Shown: positions 1 through 15,200 of the stretch, piece by piece | Layout: the number at the start of each line of letters is the position of its first letter | Numbering within the stretch: the first letter of the stretch is position 1 | Origin: Lingula anatina | Taxonomy: Eukaryota; Animalia; Brachiopoda | Reading direction: 5' to 3' | Length of the DNA: 64,000 nucleotides | NCBI GenBank assembly: GCA_051362555.1 | Contig: CM120646.1 | Coordinates: forward strand, 20,274,001-20,338,000 | Position numbers and translations under genes: made by a program | Notes under the pieces: model-generated | Database searches by the model: none | Told to the model about the DNA's origin: nothing | What the model saw: the letters and a program-made list of their open reading frames with translations, nothing else

Positions 1-289
1 TTTAAATGATCTTTGACTGACAAGTAAAGAAGTCTCAAATAGCGGTATAAGCGCTCAAAAACATCTTATGGAAGACATTTATGAGTTCGTTGTGAGCAGA
101 CATGTAAGTTAGGTATATTTGAACACCACCAAACTATTTTAATGAGGAAAATCATGGAATTTTTCGTAAAAATCCGAGTACGTATGGGCCTTTAATGTCT
201 TTTTATGAAGTGTGTGTGCAAACATAGCTACAAGGTATCCACAAAAAGAAGCCGGATGTGAAATGCTCCGTGAAATGATAAGTACTTAC

Positions 290-3200
290 TGTTGATGCTC
301 TTTCCTTGAGAACGTTGAGCTTTGATGTTCCCAACCCATCTATGTAGTAACAAAAGTGTAGACAATGTGGCATGGAAATGTTGATAGGGGGTGACACCAA
401 TTCCGCAACTCCATTGGCAAACCCACAGGCGTCAGCGATCATGACTGATCCTAAACCGACAGATATTGATATCAGTGATTAAATCTACACAGCACTGCAA
501 ATATTAAGCGGATCTTACTTTAAATAATGTTTTGTGTTTGAATGCGGAAAATTTTACATTTTACAAAAACAGTTACCAGTAAATTTTTGCCATTGCAAAA
601 TAGCAAATAAATAAATAAATAATAATAATAATAATAATATACCTCTATAACTCACTTTGTGTGAAACTGCATTTTATACAATCAAACAAAAACACACATC
701 CAGATGCTTCCTTACCTGAACTCTTACACGTAAGATTAGGGTTCGTATGCAGGCTCGGTAGATGATTTTCTGTTCTTGTCCAAGTGAAGCCACTTCCTGC
801 TTTCCTTACTGAGTACCCACAGCTGTACGAATCCTCAAATCCACACCCCACAGAAAAATCTGAAAAACCAATTTACACATTTGATTGCATTTCATCAATA
901 ACATGAATGAATTTTATTAGTTTGAATGTTACAGATTCTTATTTAATGAAAAGATCGCCATTGTTATAAATCATTAATAATATTTTAAAATTGGAAATAC
1001 GATAAGGTAGGTCTGATTTCCTATTAAACACTAATCTATATATAGATTCGAAAATGATACGAACTACAAGGGGTTTCTTCGTCACTCCTGTCGCCACAGT
1101 TATCAACCCCATTGCATAATAAGTGACTGTCAACACACATGCCGTTTGTGCATTGAAATTGACCTTCAGTACAATCTGGAATAGAACAATAAAAAACCAT
1201 ACTGTGGGAAATGCACAGTATCAAAGCTAAGATAAAGTATTCAACGACGCATAAAATGTTCCCGTTTAAACAACAATGCAATTGTGAAGCGAGTAGTCAA
1301 GAGATACATTGTGTATTTTGTTTGGTTATACCATCGTCCTTTCTTTACAATCAATTTTTTTCTCGTTAAATGAGGATATTTTAGTTATCCAACAGGTGCA
1401 GTCCACACTTTGGCTTATTTACCAAAAACTTAGTAAAAAAAAAAAATAAATAAAAAAAATAAAAAATAAAAACACCTTGGCTGAAATCGACAATTCCAGA
1501 ACAAACTGTATCGTCAATGCATTACTATAGACATTCATTCAACCCGAAGATATTTTCAGTAAACCTGAATTCTTGTGAAAAAGGAGTACAGGAATCCATC
1601 ATACCGCAGAAAGGGACATCGCATCTCTCCCCTCTTGTGTCCATGTCGGATGTAAAACACCAAGGTCCATCTTTTCTCAGGTCAGGGTTGCGACAGAAAT
1701 TATTTGCCTGTATCAACGTACCGTCGGGGAAGACGGCAAACTCTCTCAGCTTCTTTAATTGCTGTACGACGCTGTCCGACCTCCACGGCATGCAGGCTTT
1801 CCCACTTTTCGTCCAAGAAACTGTCCCGCTGTATTCCGATCCCACACGTGTACGTATGCATCCATAAACTGCAATGACCCAAATTTTATACTAACTTGGA
1901 ATAAACCCAATATCGCATTAGAGGAGTGTGCACAATGGCGGGTTTAAGGGGGGTGTCAGGGGGGTCCTGACCCCCCCTTCGATTTCCAAAAAAAAAAAAA
2001 AAAAAAAAATCACCCAATGGTCTTGAAATTAGAATTTTGACTGGCTGAATCATAATTCTGAACCTGTCACTCCTAAAAACTTGAACCCCCTTCAAATAAT
2101 CCTACAATCGCCCCTGGTACATAAGGTACGACGACATCCATTATATTTTTATCATGGATCCTAAATTCTTTCAAGCTCACAATAAAGAAAAAATGTCTAT
2201 AAATGGTAGTAGCAAGCTACAGCAATATGAAATATGAATATGGAAAGGCAAACATGCTGTAAACATTTAAATATCTCCACGTTATGTTTCATTCTAGCAA
2301 GCATGAATGTAAATCCTAAAGAGAGGACGGCAATGGAATGTTTGATTTGAAGAAATCTGGGCTTACAACATTTCATCTAAAATATTTAACCAGTAGTTTG
2401 TTTGGATAAAATCGTTCAAAATAAGCTTCCCAAAGATGTTCCTAAAATGAAAATGAGAAAGGAATGAAAGACATTATATAAATTCTACCTATGATGTCAG
2501 TGAAGGTATCAGTATTTTGTAACTTCAAACTGCAATAATCTCTGTTATAGGGTTCTAAAGGTAATTAACAGTAAGTGACCATATAAAAATCATCGTGTAT
2601 CTCCGTACTGTAACTGATTAATTCTTACCCGACACGTCTTGTGCATTGAACTCCACCTGGTTTAAGCTAACATCATCGATGGCAATATCACCCTTTATGC
2701 CATCCCCACGTGTACCTCTGAACACAACACGTGAACGGTGGGCAGTTACACTTGGTATTGCTACTGCCGCTTTCACCCAATCAGGACCTTGATTCCCCTT
2801 GACCTCCACCAACCGCTGCACTAGGAAACCATCTGTCAGTAAGAAGACCTCCAGGGTTCCGATGTCACTGCCCTTCATGTGATGGTAAAATTCCAGGGAA
2901 TGATTAGTGTTACCTTGAAAATCGTAGAGAGGGGAAGACAAGGTCGTGGTACTCCCCTGTTCTCCTCTGTGGGATGTAGTATACATATAATAACCTGGAG
3001 TAGTAATATACTATCATACTGTCATGTAATAATAAACACTGGATTCAGATAAATGTAGTCAAACATCACGATCAATACACAAATGTCTAGAAACCATTTT
3101 TGTAAGACGATTTGAAGAAAAGAGAAATTTTATTTTATTTGTGTATTTATGAATGTTTATCTGTTGAGGGCGAAGTGTCGAAAACGAGCTCATAAATTTA

Positions 3201-6200
3201 AATTGTTTATGCTTACCGGGACAAAAATTCCTGCAGTAGTCCCAAGTGGCACCGTAGGCACCATAAGCACCATTCCAAGCATAGCACCACGGCCCAAAGT
3301 CACGTTCATCGTCAGCACGGCAGTAGTTCTTACTCAAGTGTATATGACGAGGGGAGGGCGACTCATACCAAGGCTTACATGCTGAACCAAACCAAGTGGT
3401 CGCCATCTGGCCTTTGTATTCTTGGTAATTTCCGTCGGCACACTCGCCGCTTTCATTTGCTGTAAAAGCAAACATAATATGTATTTAAGCCTGCAGATGG
3501 GCGGACATGTCAAACATTTGGTAAGAAATAAATTCTATACAACTGTTTGGCGAGAGTGTGTCAGCACCCTGTATCTTAGCTAAAATTGGCCAGGCGTCCA
3601 TTGCAAAATTTCAGCAAAATGGCATTGTAAACCGCACTAAAATGTGTGTAATGTAGTGCGGTATATAAAAATCGAATTTGCTTTAACTCTGCAGAAAGAG
3701 CAAGGTTGCACACTTAATGAATTGATAAGGTCAATGGGAAATGAAGATATATTTTACATATGGTTATAATAATCGATTGAGATGTCGCACCTGGTACCTG
3801 AGGCTGTGAATGGTCAGAATTCGGTCCCGTATTCTCCGTAAATGTTGGCCCATTGTTTCGTATCCATACGAACGACTCAGATGATGACGCAATGGTGTAG
3901 CCACATAAATAGCTGTTTTCAAATGTGCAGTTAACTGATTCCACTGGTAGAATTAAAATCAATTACATTGGTGACATTTACAAGCGTCAACGGTATGGAT
4001 GTCACTTTCTAAATAAATAGCTTGATATATGTTACCACGCACATACAAAATACTTTAATGTGGATAATCACATTCCGTGGATAACATTTGACTACAAGAA
4101 CTATTCACAATTCACCGGATCGAGAATTGCACGGGGATATAAAAGTTCGTTGAGTGATTTTCAATCTTTAGACAGTGTTAAATACGATATCGTACTACTG
4201 AACTTGTATGGCTACAATACGATATCTTGAATTTCACTTGTTTCACAGTTACATGTATGAGTTTCTTCTATATATTTATCGACTGACAATTTTCTCTATA
4301 TATAATTCATAAATTCACAAAGAAGACAATACAATTCCACATACATCACTTTTAGAAACATTAATTCTGACCAGAGTAAAAAAATCTGAGTGAAAGAAAA
4401 CGTTGTTTTAATTGGATAAGATAAATGCGTTAAGGTTTAAGACTGTAAGCATACTAGAATCAATTTCTGGCGACAGCACCCATCATCCTTAAACACGACT
4501 GGTAGCCGTACAATGGTATATTCTAAATATGTACGATATCGAAACTGCGTCTGAATGAATAAAACTATACACATGAAATACGTAACATATAATTCGAAGA
4601 TAAGAAATAAACCAAAAATATAATAGACATGTTTTGATAGGAATACATACCAAAGCTTCAAAATAATTGGAAAAGTGGACAATATATTTTTTATTTACAC
4701 TGAAAGCAAAGGGTCGTCATTTCAGCTGATCCGATTACCTTGTAGGGTATTCAACGCCTTATTTCGCTAAAGCCGTCACTGCGTAGCGTACAGTTGTAAC
4801 AGGAATGGAAGTCCTGGGAATGGAAGTCCGGGCTCCTATATGATTAGTACAGGCTAGGGTTAGTTGGTGTATTGGGGTTAGTGTATGGGACGAATGTTGC
4901 CTGTACAAAGTAATGGGAAGCGGACTACGGTTCCGATGGGCAACCATACGTTGGGCTTAAGTTGGCGCAACGCTGTTGGTTGGCTTTCCAACGTTGGGCC
5001 AATATTGGTCGTGCAACCAACCATGCGTTGGGCCAATGTTCTCTTGCCATGTGGGTTGTTCGGTGAAGCATCACACGACAGAAGGACGTCATTTTGTTGC
5101 AGTGTTTGTTTTGGTTCAGTTTTGGAAAATTACGCCAGTTTTTATAGAAACATTTGGTTTCAGACACTAAAATATTCATACTAAATCGTTTTTCAGCTTT
5201 CCTGTGCCATTGCAATTATTCAGCAATATTACTAAATATTTAGTGCAGCACTCTTATCTAAAACACATAAATTGCATGCAGGCCAATGGTAAACGAAAGT
5301 TGCAAGCAGTCCTGACCTCCACCAAAACAGTTTGAATGCATGAACCTAATTTGACACCCCAAGTAATCAAATGACTACCAAGGGTAATCATCAGGTTGGA
5401 TATGATGATCCTGCAAGGTCATCAAATACAGATTTTGACTACCTGGGCCCTCGTTTTAGGTAAACTCATTTAATGACCCTAAGGTAGTCAATTTTGATGA
5501 CCCTTTGTTATCAGTGTAAGGACTCAGCAAATATGATTTTAATATTTTTACCCCTTTTATTACCTCCAGCTGCATTTTTACTCACCAACTTCTGGACAAA
5601 GATCAAGTTCAAGCCTGACGTTATCGATGGCCATATTGCTAGTTATTCCATCGCCTCGCCGCGCTATGAACTGGACTTCAAATTCCCCAGGTGCAAGTGA
5701 AGCAGAGTGATTCAGCCAATCTAATCCATGGTGGCCCATCAGCATCACCAAGTTGACTTCTGTTTTGTTGGCAAACTTTTGAATCACCCTAAGCTTTCCC
5801 ATGTTGCGTCCGTTCATGTGGTAGCTAAAGTGCAGGCACGTTTCATTGTCTGTGTTGATAATTGGTGAGGAAAGGATACTTTCAGCGCCCACAGTGCCAT
5901 TCTTGCTATCAACGGCCATGAAGGTACCTTATAATTGAAGACGACACGGACTATAATTATGTTTCTATCACATTCGATTCTATTAGTGGAATTCACCGGA
6001 ATATGGTTGGTACCACCAAACTGAGGCTGGTCAACTGGACGTATGGTAATAATTAAGCAGCAGACTTGGAACAGGTATATGGTTTAACATGTGTTTTTGT
6101 ACGAGTAACTGGCTGACAACTGGATACGTTAACAATATTGTCTTGGGGGAATTGTTGTTTTGGGCTTTTGGATTTTTCACCATTTTAGTAATTCAAAATT

Positions 6201-9200
6201 GGGTATAAAACTAAAAATCTTACTTGATGTTGATGATCAGCAGAAGGAGTTTGAAAAAAAAAGACTCATACCAAAATGATTTGATATCCTGTATATGAAA
6301 TGATTGTGAATGGATTGAATTCAAATTGTACCTTGAGTTCCTTCCGACTTTGGCCCCGTACCGGCAAACCCAGAGGAGATGTCATGGGTGTATGTGTACC
6401 AAAAGTTGGCAGGTTTTTGCCAATCCAAAAGATATGGCGAAAATGTGTAGGCAGCCCAAGTAAACTGTGCAGTTCCGTGTCTAACTGTATATCCACATAG
6501 CTTTGGGGTTTCAAACTTGCATTCGCCTCCTTTTTCGTCTGGTGAGAAATGATTTACACTTTATTATATTTAGAAATGACCTTGCTGGTCTGTGAGTCAT
6601 TTACCTTCGAAACTTAAAATTATTTGCCTGCAAGTAAATTATATTAAGGCTAGTGCAAATTAAGAGGAACTTAAGATAACTTTTGACGGTTGGAAAAATC
6701 TTCTTACAGTTTTGTTTGCAAATTAATTCAATTCAGTGCAATGCAATGCAATGCAATGCAATAAAAAAACCAAGAATACTTAAATATTTGAATCAATCGA
6801 ATAATGCCAATTCCATTTAAGTACAATGTGCAGAAGTTTATGTACTCACAGCACTGCTGTCCCTCGTCACTCTCATCAAGACAGTTATTATCGTCGTCAC
6901 ATAGGAAAACTCTATTGATGCATAACCCGTTGTCGCAGCGATATTCGTACCATTTACAATCTATGAAATACAAGGTAAAACTATTGCTTTATAGTATACC
7001 GTCAAGATCTGGTCTACTTATATAACTAGGGGATGTAATCATACTAACAATTTTAAGTTAACCAGTTTTAATTTTGGTGCTACATCTTTTTTATAAAATA
7101 GGTGCAAATTAATTTGATTGGACTTAGGGGTACTTCTGATTTGTGTTGGGTATAGGTAAAAATGTTCGCGTATAAGTTAAAACAATATTTGCTGAGGGAA
7201 TTCTGTGAAACTGCAAGGTTTTTGCTACTGCCTGATCATGAGGCAGGTACTGCTGGTATCGCTTCATAGTTACTTGTTAAAATGGTGACATTAATAGATG
7301 CATCCGCTTGCTGTCATTGGTACTGGTACTGCGTCACAAATTATAATATATATTCAGAGCAATTTACAAACAACATATTAATTAGATATCCCCTTGGTCA
7401 CAACAAGTTTTTTTGTACAACTATGGCATTAATATTCACCAAATAATTAAACTTTACTTTATTATCCTACTTCAGATGGATAGTTTCACTTCTAACGATA
7501 AACAAGAAGCACGGTTCTACATATACTCAAATATGGGTTATTGGGTATTTTATGGATATATAAGGCTAAAGAAATATTTATAATGAACACATATGCACAA
7601 TCGCATTCACAAACTTTAACACCGGCATTCACACACACTAGTAAACGCAGCCATACTCACACACACATATTCACCCAAAGTACATACCTGGAACATCACA
7701 TTTGCCTTCACGAATTGAGATATCATCCAGTGCTTGGTCACCACGGAAACCATCACCACGTGATGCTTCAAACAGAATAACATAGGAAGGGGCTTCTTCA
7801 AATTCCACAGAAAAGGGAATCCATCGGTCTTCGGAAAATTCGGCGCGGGCATGAAATTTCTTCCATCTGCGCATTTCCCAAAGTTTGCGCTTCGGCCTTG
7901 ATTCCTCTTGGACGTAGATGGCCAGGTCGCCTAGGTTAGAGCCGTACGCGTGGTAACTGAAGCGGAGGCATGCTTTGGCATTACGGATTCCCCTCTTGGG
8001 AGAGGTGCGAAGGGTAGTTTTTTCACCAATCACTCCCTTCGAAGACTCTGTGTATATATAAGTGCCTGCAAGAGAAGAAAAGTCGAGTACAGTATCTAGT
8101 CGGGGACTTCATTGAGGAGAGCTATGGTTAATGATTCAATACTTGATCTACAACATTGATCAAAAAGGTTGTCCCACCCCCAGTTTCATGTGCTTTTATT
8201 TATAGATGATCACATCACAGGAGTTAATTGCTATGAATGGTGGTTTTCATTACAGATACCATAACTTACATGATTAATGGTACAGAAAATACAGACTAAC
8301 GGTTAATATCCATATTTGATATTATTTATTCACATTTATTACATGTACCCCCTCAAATCTGATGTTCCACTGTCATTTCAACGGAGGTAAAGAAAGCCCA
8401 TTAAATTAAATTGACACCACCAAATGTCACCAAATTTACACACATTTAACATTAGAGTATGCTCGTTAAAGGTCATGTGTCTATTAGCGTGTGTGTTTAC
8501 CACGTACTGTAATTATCTCCTGTAGACGGCGCCACTGACTTCAACAAGGGTAACAATTCTGTTTTGCGGGATATTGCCCCATGTTTCCAAAAAGCTTGGC
8601 AGAATTGGTTCGGTCTATTTAAAATTTGGTTCTCCTCCGGATTTCGCACTTCAATTCATGTCACGGGTGCTCAGTAGGCTTATTATCTGGATTTAAAGAT
8701 GGTTTCTCCAGCCTCAGAACATTGGCTTTCTGCAAGAAATCACTCACCACATGACAACTGTGTGCAAGTGTGATGTAATGATGAAGCCTGGATCACCCCC
8801 GAAGTCCCTTCTTGCAGATGGAGTGAGGTATCAGTTGAGAATGCTAGGTTCAGTGATCTCAGAACTACCAGAACTTGGTCAACCGTCACTAGGACCAAGC
8901 TGGTTTTGCTGAAGAATCAAGGTATTTCGTGTATGCCTTCGATGGTCAAATTAGGGCCCGTAGACATGTTGCAGAATGCTTTTTGGTAGGTTTGTGCAGG
9001 ATAATATCGCCTGAGGTGTCAGGTCAGTCCATGTTTGGAGAGGATTCCAAGCCCATTATTTCAGTGCATTGTTCTTTCCGGAAAAGATCGATACTTGGAC
9101 AATTCACTGAAATATTCTCAACAAATATCTCACTCCATTTATAAGAGGTGACTTCAGGAATACCGCAGGCGTTATGGTGGAAATGCACTTGCCCACAACT

Positions 9201-12200
9201 CTCGTCTGCTGAGTGATTTGTTGCAGAAACACAATGTTCAGAGGAAGGAGCAACCATCTTTAAGCCCTGTTATTAACCATACTGAACATCTGTGGTATGA
9301 ATTGAAGTGTGTAACGCAAAGGAAAACGTAACTCCTAATAATCTGGACGAACTCCCCCAGGCTCTTTCGGAAGAGTGGGACAATATCCCATAAAACAGAA
9401 TTGTTACCCTTGTTGAAGGCAGGCCGCGCCACCTACAGGAGGTAATTACAGGTACAGTACGTGGTAAACACAAACGCTATTAGACAAGGAGTCTTTAACG
9501 AGCACGTCCTAATGCTAAATTAGTGAAAATTTGGTGACACTTGGTGGTGTCATTTCAATTTAATGGACATTTCTTTGCCTCTGTGAAAGTCACAGTGAAG
9601 CGTCGGATTTGAGGGGGTACTCAGTACATGTAATAAATTAATTAATGGTATTAAATTTTGATATCTTCACTGCTAGTTTGTATTTTCTGTAACACTAATC
9701 ATGTTAGTTATGGTATCTGGAATGAAAATCACTATCTATAACAAAGTTTTCCTGTGATGTGATCGTTTATAAATAAAAGCACATGATAGTGAAGGAGGGA
9801 CAACCTTTTTGACCAATGTTGTATATACAGACATTGTATATAAATGCTCTTACAATCATTGGACAAAAGGAGAGGCCTACCCTCTGGAGATTGTTTGGTA
9901 GCATCAATAAACGGCCCGGTCTCTGAAGAAGGTGTCGAGCCTGAGTTGAGTTTCCAGGTATAATCATTCTCCCCAGGGGTGATATGGTAAGAACACGGCG
10001 TTCCATCCTCGAAATCACAGTTTTTGAATTCTGTGGAGAAACAGGTATAAAAGGCCATATTTATCTTACATAAGCAATTCCAAAGGAACAATTCCAATCC
10101 AGTAAACGAGTGATCCCATTCTTGACTCGGGTAAATTAATACGAACAATGGGTCCATTATAAGTTACATGTACGTTTTCTTTAGTTCTGTGAGGCTATAT
10201 TTGTTTGACAAAGAAATGATACCACAATCTTAAAACCCTACAATTTATGTTATCTATTTGATTGTGCACTAATTAACATTTCTGGAGCTGGTATTTTGAT
10301 CATTGTGCCCTCATGTCTCCTTAGACAAATTCTAGTCTTACCAGTGCACGTGGTGTACGTAGAAACAGTGCAAATACTTGGCACTTAATTCACTAGCTCT
10401 GGCAACAATACCTCATATCGATTAGTATAGTCATTCACATTTATGCCACAGTAGAAATGTGCAGATATCATATGTAAAAAAAAAAAAAAAAAGGTGTATC
10501 ATCAGTTTGAGCTTAATTAAAAGTATCAATTTTATTATACACATTTCATCCAAATATAAATGAAGGTTGTTTGAATCCATCGGGCTTCCCAACAGAAGGG
10601 CAGGTACAAGTATATTTGTACATGATATACAGACAGTCTTAGTGTAGGCTTATGTGGGGTACAGGACAGGTTTCCGTTTAATCTACAGTATCGAGAATGT
10701 CTGCAACGTTCTTTATTGAAATCAGATAGGGAAAATATTTTCCTTTGGACACCAAAACCACGTTTGATCACGCGTTATTTAGATTGTGCGTTGGCTAAAC
10801 GTGTATCTGTATTTTTGTTCAATATGAAATTTAAAGAGTAAAGATTCTCACCACATTGCTTCTCATCTTCTCCGTTTTTACAGTCCATTTTTCCGTCACA
10901 CATATCCATTTTGCTAATGCAGACATCACACTGGAACTCGTGGTCACGGCAAGCTAAAAGACAAATAAATGCACATTTATCATTTTGCTATATTTATGAC
11001 CACACTTACCACACTTTCTCAGGTAGCTTCCGCATGGTGAATGGAGCCGAGATTTATTAACTGTACCCCCGCAGGGACGACATGTGGGGAGGCGTGTGAG
11101 AGACGGAGAGACTATTAACAGATTAGGCGTTTTTTTCTTTTATGCACGCCCGCTATATTTAGATCCAGGATTTGTAAATCCTGGCTCAACTCGTTGTGAA
11201 TGCGATCTTATATGCTACTATAATTAATGTGTTGAAAAAAGAGTCAACCGAAAACCTGATGTTTGACTTGAATTGTGGAGTTTTCATTCTCAGTGCTGCC
11301 TATCTTGGAATCCACCGTCCATGTTGTGTGTTTAACATTGATCATAGCAATGTAGGCGTTCCCTATTAATACCCTTTGCAGCAATTTTTAAGCAAGTTAA
11401 ATTTTCAGTTCATAAGCAAAAATAACCCCATAAAACCGATGAGACGGAAGCGTTGTTACTGAAAACTATTGGCAGCCATTTGACTTTGTCATATCCAGAA
11501 ATGATCGATAATGATATATTTAAAAAAAAAAAAAAAACTTACGACATATCGGTACTTCACATGGTTCGCATACAGCATCCTTTTCTACAGTGAAGCACCA
11601 TGGACTTGTTGAATAACGACTCGGATTACGACAAAAGTTCGAAGCATCTTGAATCTTTTCGTCCGGAAACATGCTTGCGTCTCTCATATTATACTGACGG
11701 ACAGATGGTGAATCCCAACGCTGACACTTCTTTCCAGACCTGGTGAAGTCACGGTGACCTTGGTAGTAAGGCCCGGATGCTTTGACCTTGCAGTCCCGTT
11801 CTGTCATAAAAGAATGTATGGGAATTACAAGCCGTACATGTTTTTTAAAACCCTGAAAAAAAAGTGAACCAGTTGGTTTAGCAGCCACATAAAATAAATC
11901 ACGCCAGTAAGTTACAGTAGAAATAAGTTGGTCATTGGATGGCATGATGAGCAGATCATCGGGATGAATAGCTGATCAATGCTTGTATTTGTTTGATATA
12001 ATATAAATTTATAATTTATCTGATACTTAAGAATGATGTGAATTTTTCTTCAGTCAACAGCTAATATTGAGATAGGTTTTACCTCCAATATTTCTTCTCT
12101 GACTTATCTGATACTTAAATTGGAGAATTAAGTGTGGCCCCACCCGCCGCCCATATATTTACAAAACAAATGACAAAAAGTATATAATAATAATAATAAT

Positions 12201-15200
12201 AATAATAATTATAATAATAATAATGACTGATGACCTAGATCCGCCAGTGATAAGCAATTGCAATATTACATAGATAACTCACCAAGATTAGAACACACGT
12301 CAATATACACGTCATCTATTGCTATAGTGCTGCGCGGGCCTCTTCCTCCATGTCCCTCTATAATAACCTGTTGGTAGATTTAAAATGAAATAATTAATTT
12401 AATCAAATAGTGTATGCAATGTATACATTACATTTAATCCAAAGAAATAAATATAAATAAAATAAGATGGTTTATGTCAACTAGGTTTATCAAAGCCGTT
12501 GACCGTGTGACTTAAACATTTAGTGGTAAAATATTTTACTTGATGTTTTGTTAAGCATGATTTCTTGTTATAGAAGGTATATTCCGACCATTCACATAAT
12601 GTACACTGTACGTACCTCATAAAGTCCAGGCTGTATCTTTCCAAACGCCCTCTGCCATCCAAGACCCTGGTTGCGCTTTCTCCTCCATACCTCTTCCTTG
12701 GTGCCATCGGGAGACTGGGCGTATATTCTGAGATGCCCCACCTCTTCTCCGAACATATGATAAAACAGATGGATACAGCGCGGGTCTGTTGACTGGATCG
12801 TAGGCGAACGGAGACGTGCTATCCTATTCGGCTCGTTCAGGTACAGAAAATGGCCTGTAAGATCAACGAGTTTGAGTAGTCAAAAAGCAATTCTCTGCTA
12901 GACTACTGGAAGAAAAACAATTTCTGTATCAGTGCTGACATGTATATTAAAATACTTTGGAGATTGTGGTATTTGCCAGGTAAAGATACATGCACCAATT
13001 TTCCCTGCGATATAGGCGTACCTTTGCCAGAGGTGTGGTCAGCCAGTGGGCCAGTCCACATGTCCAGTGTGCTCCGACCTTGACCTCTCTCCCAACCCGC
13101 ATCGTCTTGCAGGAAATTGCACAGGTCCTTGTCAAAGTCACACTCCGTCGGCGTTTCATCTAAAGTAGAAAAAAAGTGGAAAACACACGGTGGATCAAAA
13201 ACCCATTTGGTAATTTCAGTCATTAGGGTAGTACATTTTAATTATTGACAATCCAAATTACTCAGATATCTTTGTTCTCGTAACGACTAGTTAAACGCAT
13301 CAGAAAAAAAATTGATCCATTTTGTTGAATGGCGTGTGTGAACGTGCTCACCGTCACAACGAATTCGATCATAGTAGTCCTCTTTCTGACTGAACACAAG
13401 ATCCACTCCTTCGGTTCTTTCGTTCAGAGAAGTTATCTTGCATTCTTTTAAGTCATTATCATAGACGAATGAGTTGCAATTCCACTCAGAAAATCGGAGG
13501 CAAGCTCGTTCGCAAACACAAGATGGCACACGTTTTATAATTTTATAATTGATGTCGTCGCCACGGCGCTTGAGTGTCCTGTCCGCCGTGATTTTGAAAC
13601 GGTCTCTACATCCGGGACCTGGGAAAGGAAGTCAGAAAAAGAAAACAAATTTGAATAAACCAAACACTTTTCGTGTCGCAAAAGACTGGTGTAATTGAAA
13701 GCTTTCCAAATAACTTAACTAGGTTTAATGCACATAATCTATCAGTTAGGACCTTCCTATATAAAAGGATTGCTTGCTTTTTTCACAGTTGAAAAAGAAA
13801 CTGCGTTAAGTACATAATTCAGCTTGTGTTGCAAAAAATGCAAATCGTGATACAATTTTTATATACAATAGACCGATATACGTAATACAATGACAATAAC
13901 AAAGAAAAAATATATTTGATATCAAAAATGTGTAAAATGACTGTAAATGACTCTCTCCGTCTATAAGATTATTCTATTTTTGACACTTCATTAATGACAT
14001 AAAGGAGCGGTTTCATTACATTAATAGTCTACCATGTACATCGAGTGATTTACCATGCACAATAATATACTTGTTGACATATTTACTGATGGACTCACTT
14101 TTGTAGTCGTCTTTCGTTTGCCAGAACTTTGTGTAGAAATCATGGATGCTGTCATACAGTCCCAAGTCAAATGTCGCCGTAGTTCTGATATTTAAAAAAA
14201 TGTAGAAAAGTATAAATAGAAACCATCGATGTCAAACATAACCCATGAGTAACGTCTATGCAGGTACGTTTGCGATGGTGCGTGCGTGCATAAACATAGT
14301 CAGTTCATGTATTTACGTACATGCGCAGGCACGTATTTGCAAATGTCAGTATATGCATATTCGTGCTTGTATTTGCTGAACCTTCAACATTGGGCTAGCG
14401 GTATATGCATTTCATTCAGTGTCACACTGCATATTGGGAAGTCGAGGACCAAAAAGAAATTCTTGAAAAATGGTGTACCTCAAGGGTCTGCACAAATACT
14501 TTTCCCCATCTACACCTCTGACTTACCTGAAACAGCTAGTGAACAGTACATCTATGTTGATGACATCGCCTTCATGACCTCTGGAACCTCAGTGTCTGGT
14601 CTCAATGATGTACTCAGTCAGGATCTCACAGACACCGATCAGTTCTTTAATGATTGGAGGCTAAAGATGAACAAGACCAAGGCAGTCAGCAGCCTATTCC
14701 ATCTGGTCAATAACTTAGTAACCAGGAATTTGAAGTGAGATGTGATGACACCGTCATACCTTTCGAAAAGTTTCCGAAGTACCTTGGCATGACATTGGAT
14801 CGGAGCCTACAAGGCTCACATCAACAAGGTCGCTGCAAAGGTTGGGGCGAAAAACACCATCTTGAAGAGGCTGGCAGGAACTACCTGGGGGGGGGGGGCA
14901 AACTTTCCCACCCTGAGAACTACCTCCCTTGCCCTGGCTTACTCCACTGCAGAATATTGCGCCCCTGTGTGGTGCAGGAGTAGCCATACAAATACAATTG
15001 ATACAGCCCTAAACAATTATCAGCATGAGGCTTATCACAGGATGTCTGAGATCAACACCAAAACCTTATCTCCCAGTACTACACGGCATACTTCCCCCAG
15101 ATATCAGACAGGATCAACGCTGTCTCCAACTGGCCAACAGAGCACATGAGCCAGGACATCTATTGTTCCAGCGACTCCGGCAAGATGAGGAATATACTAG

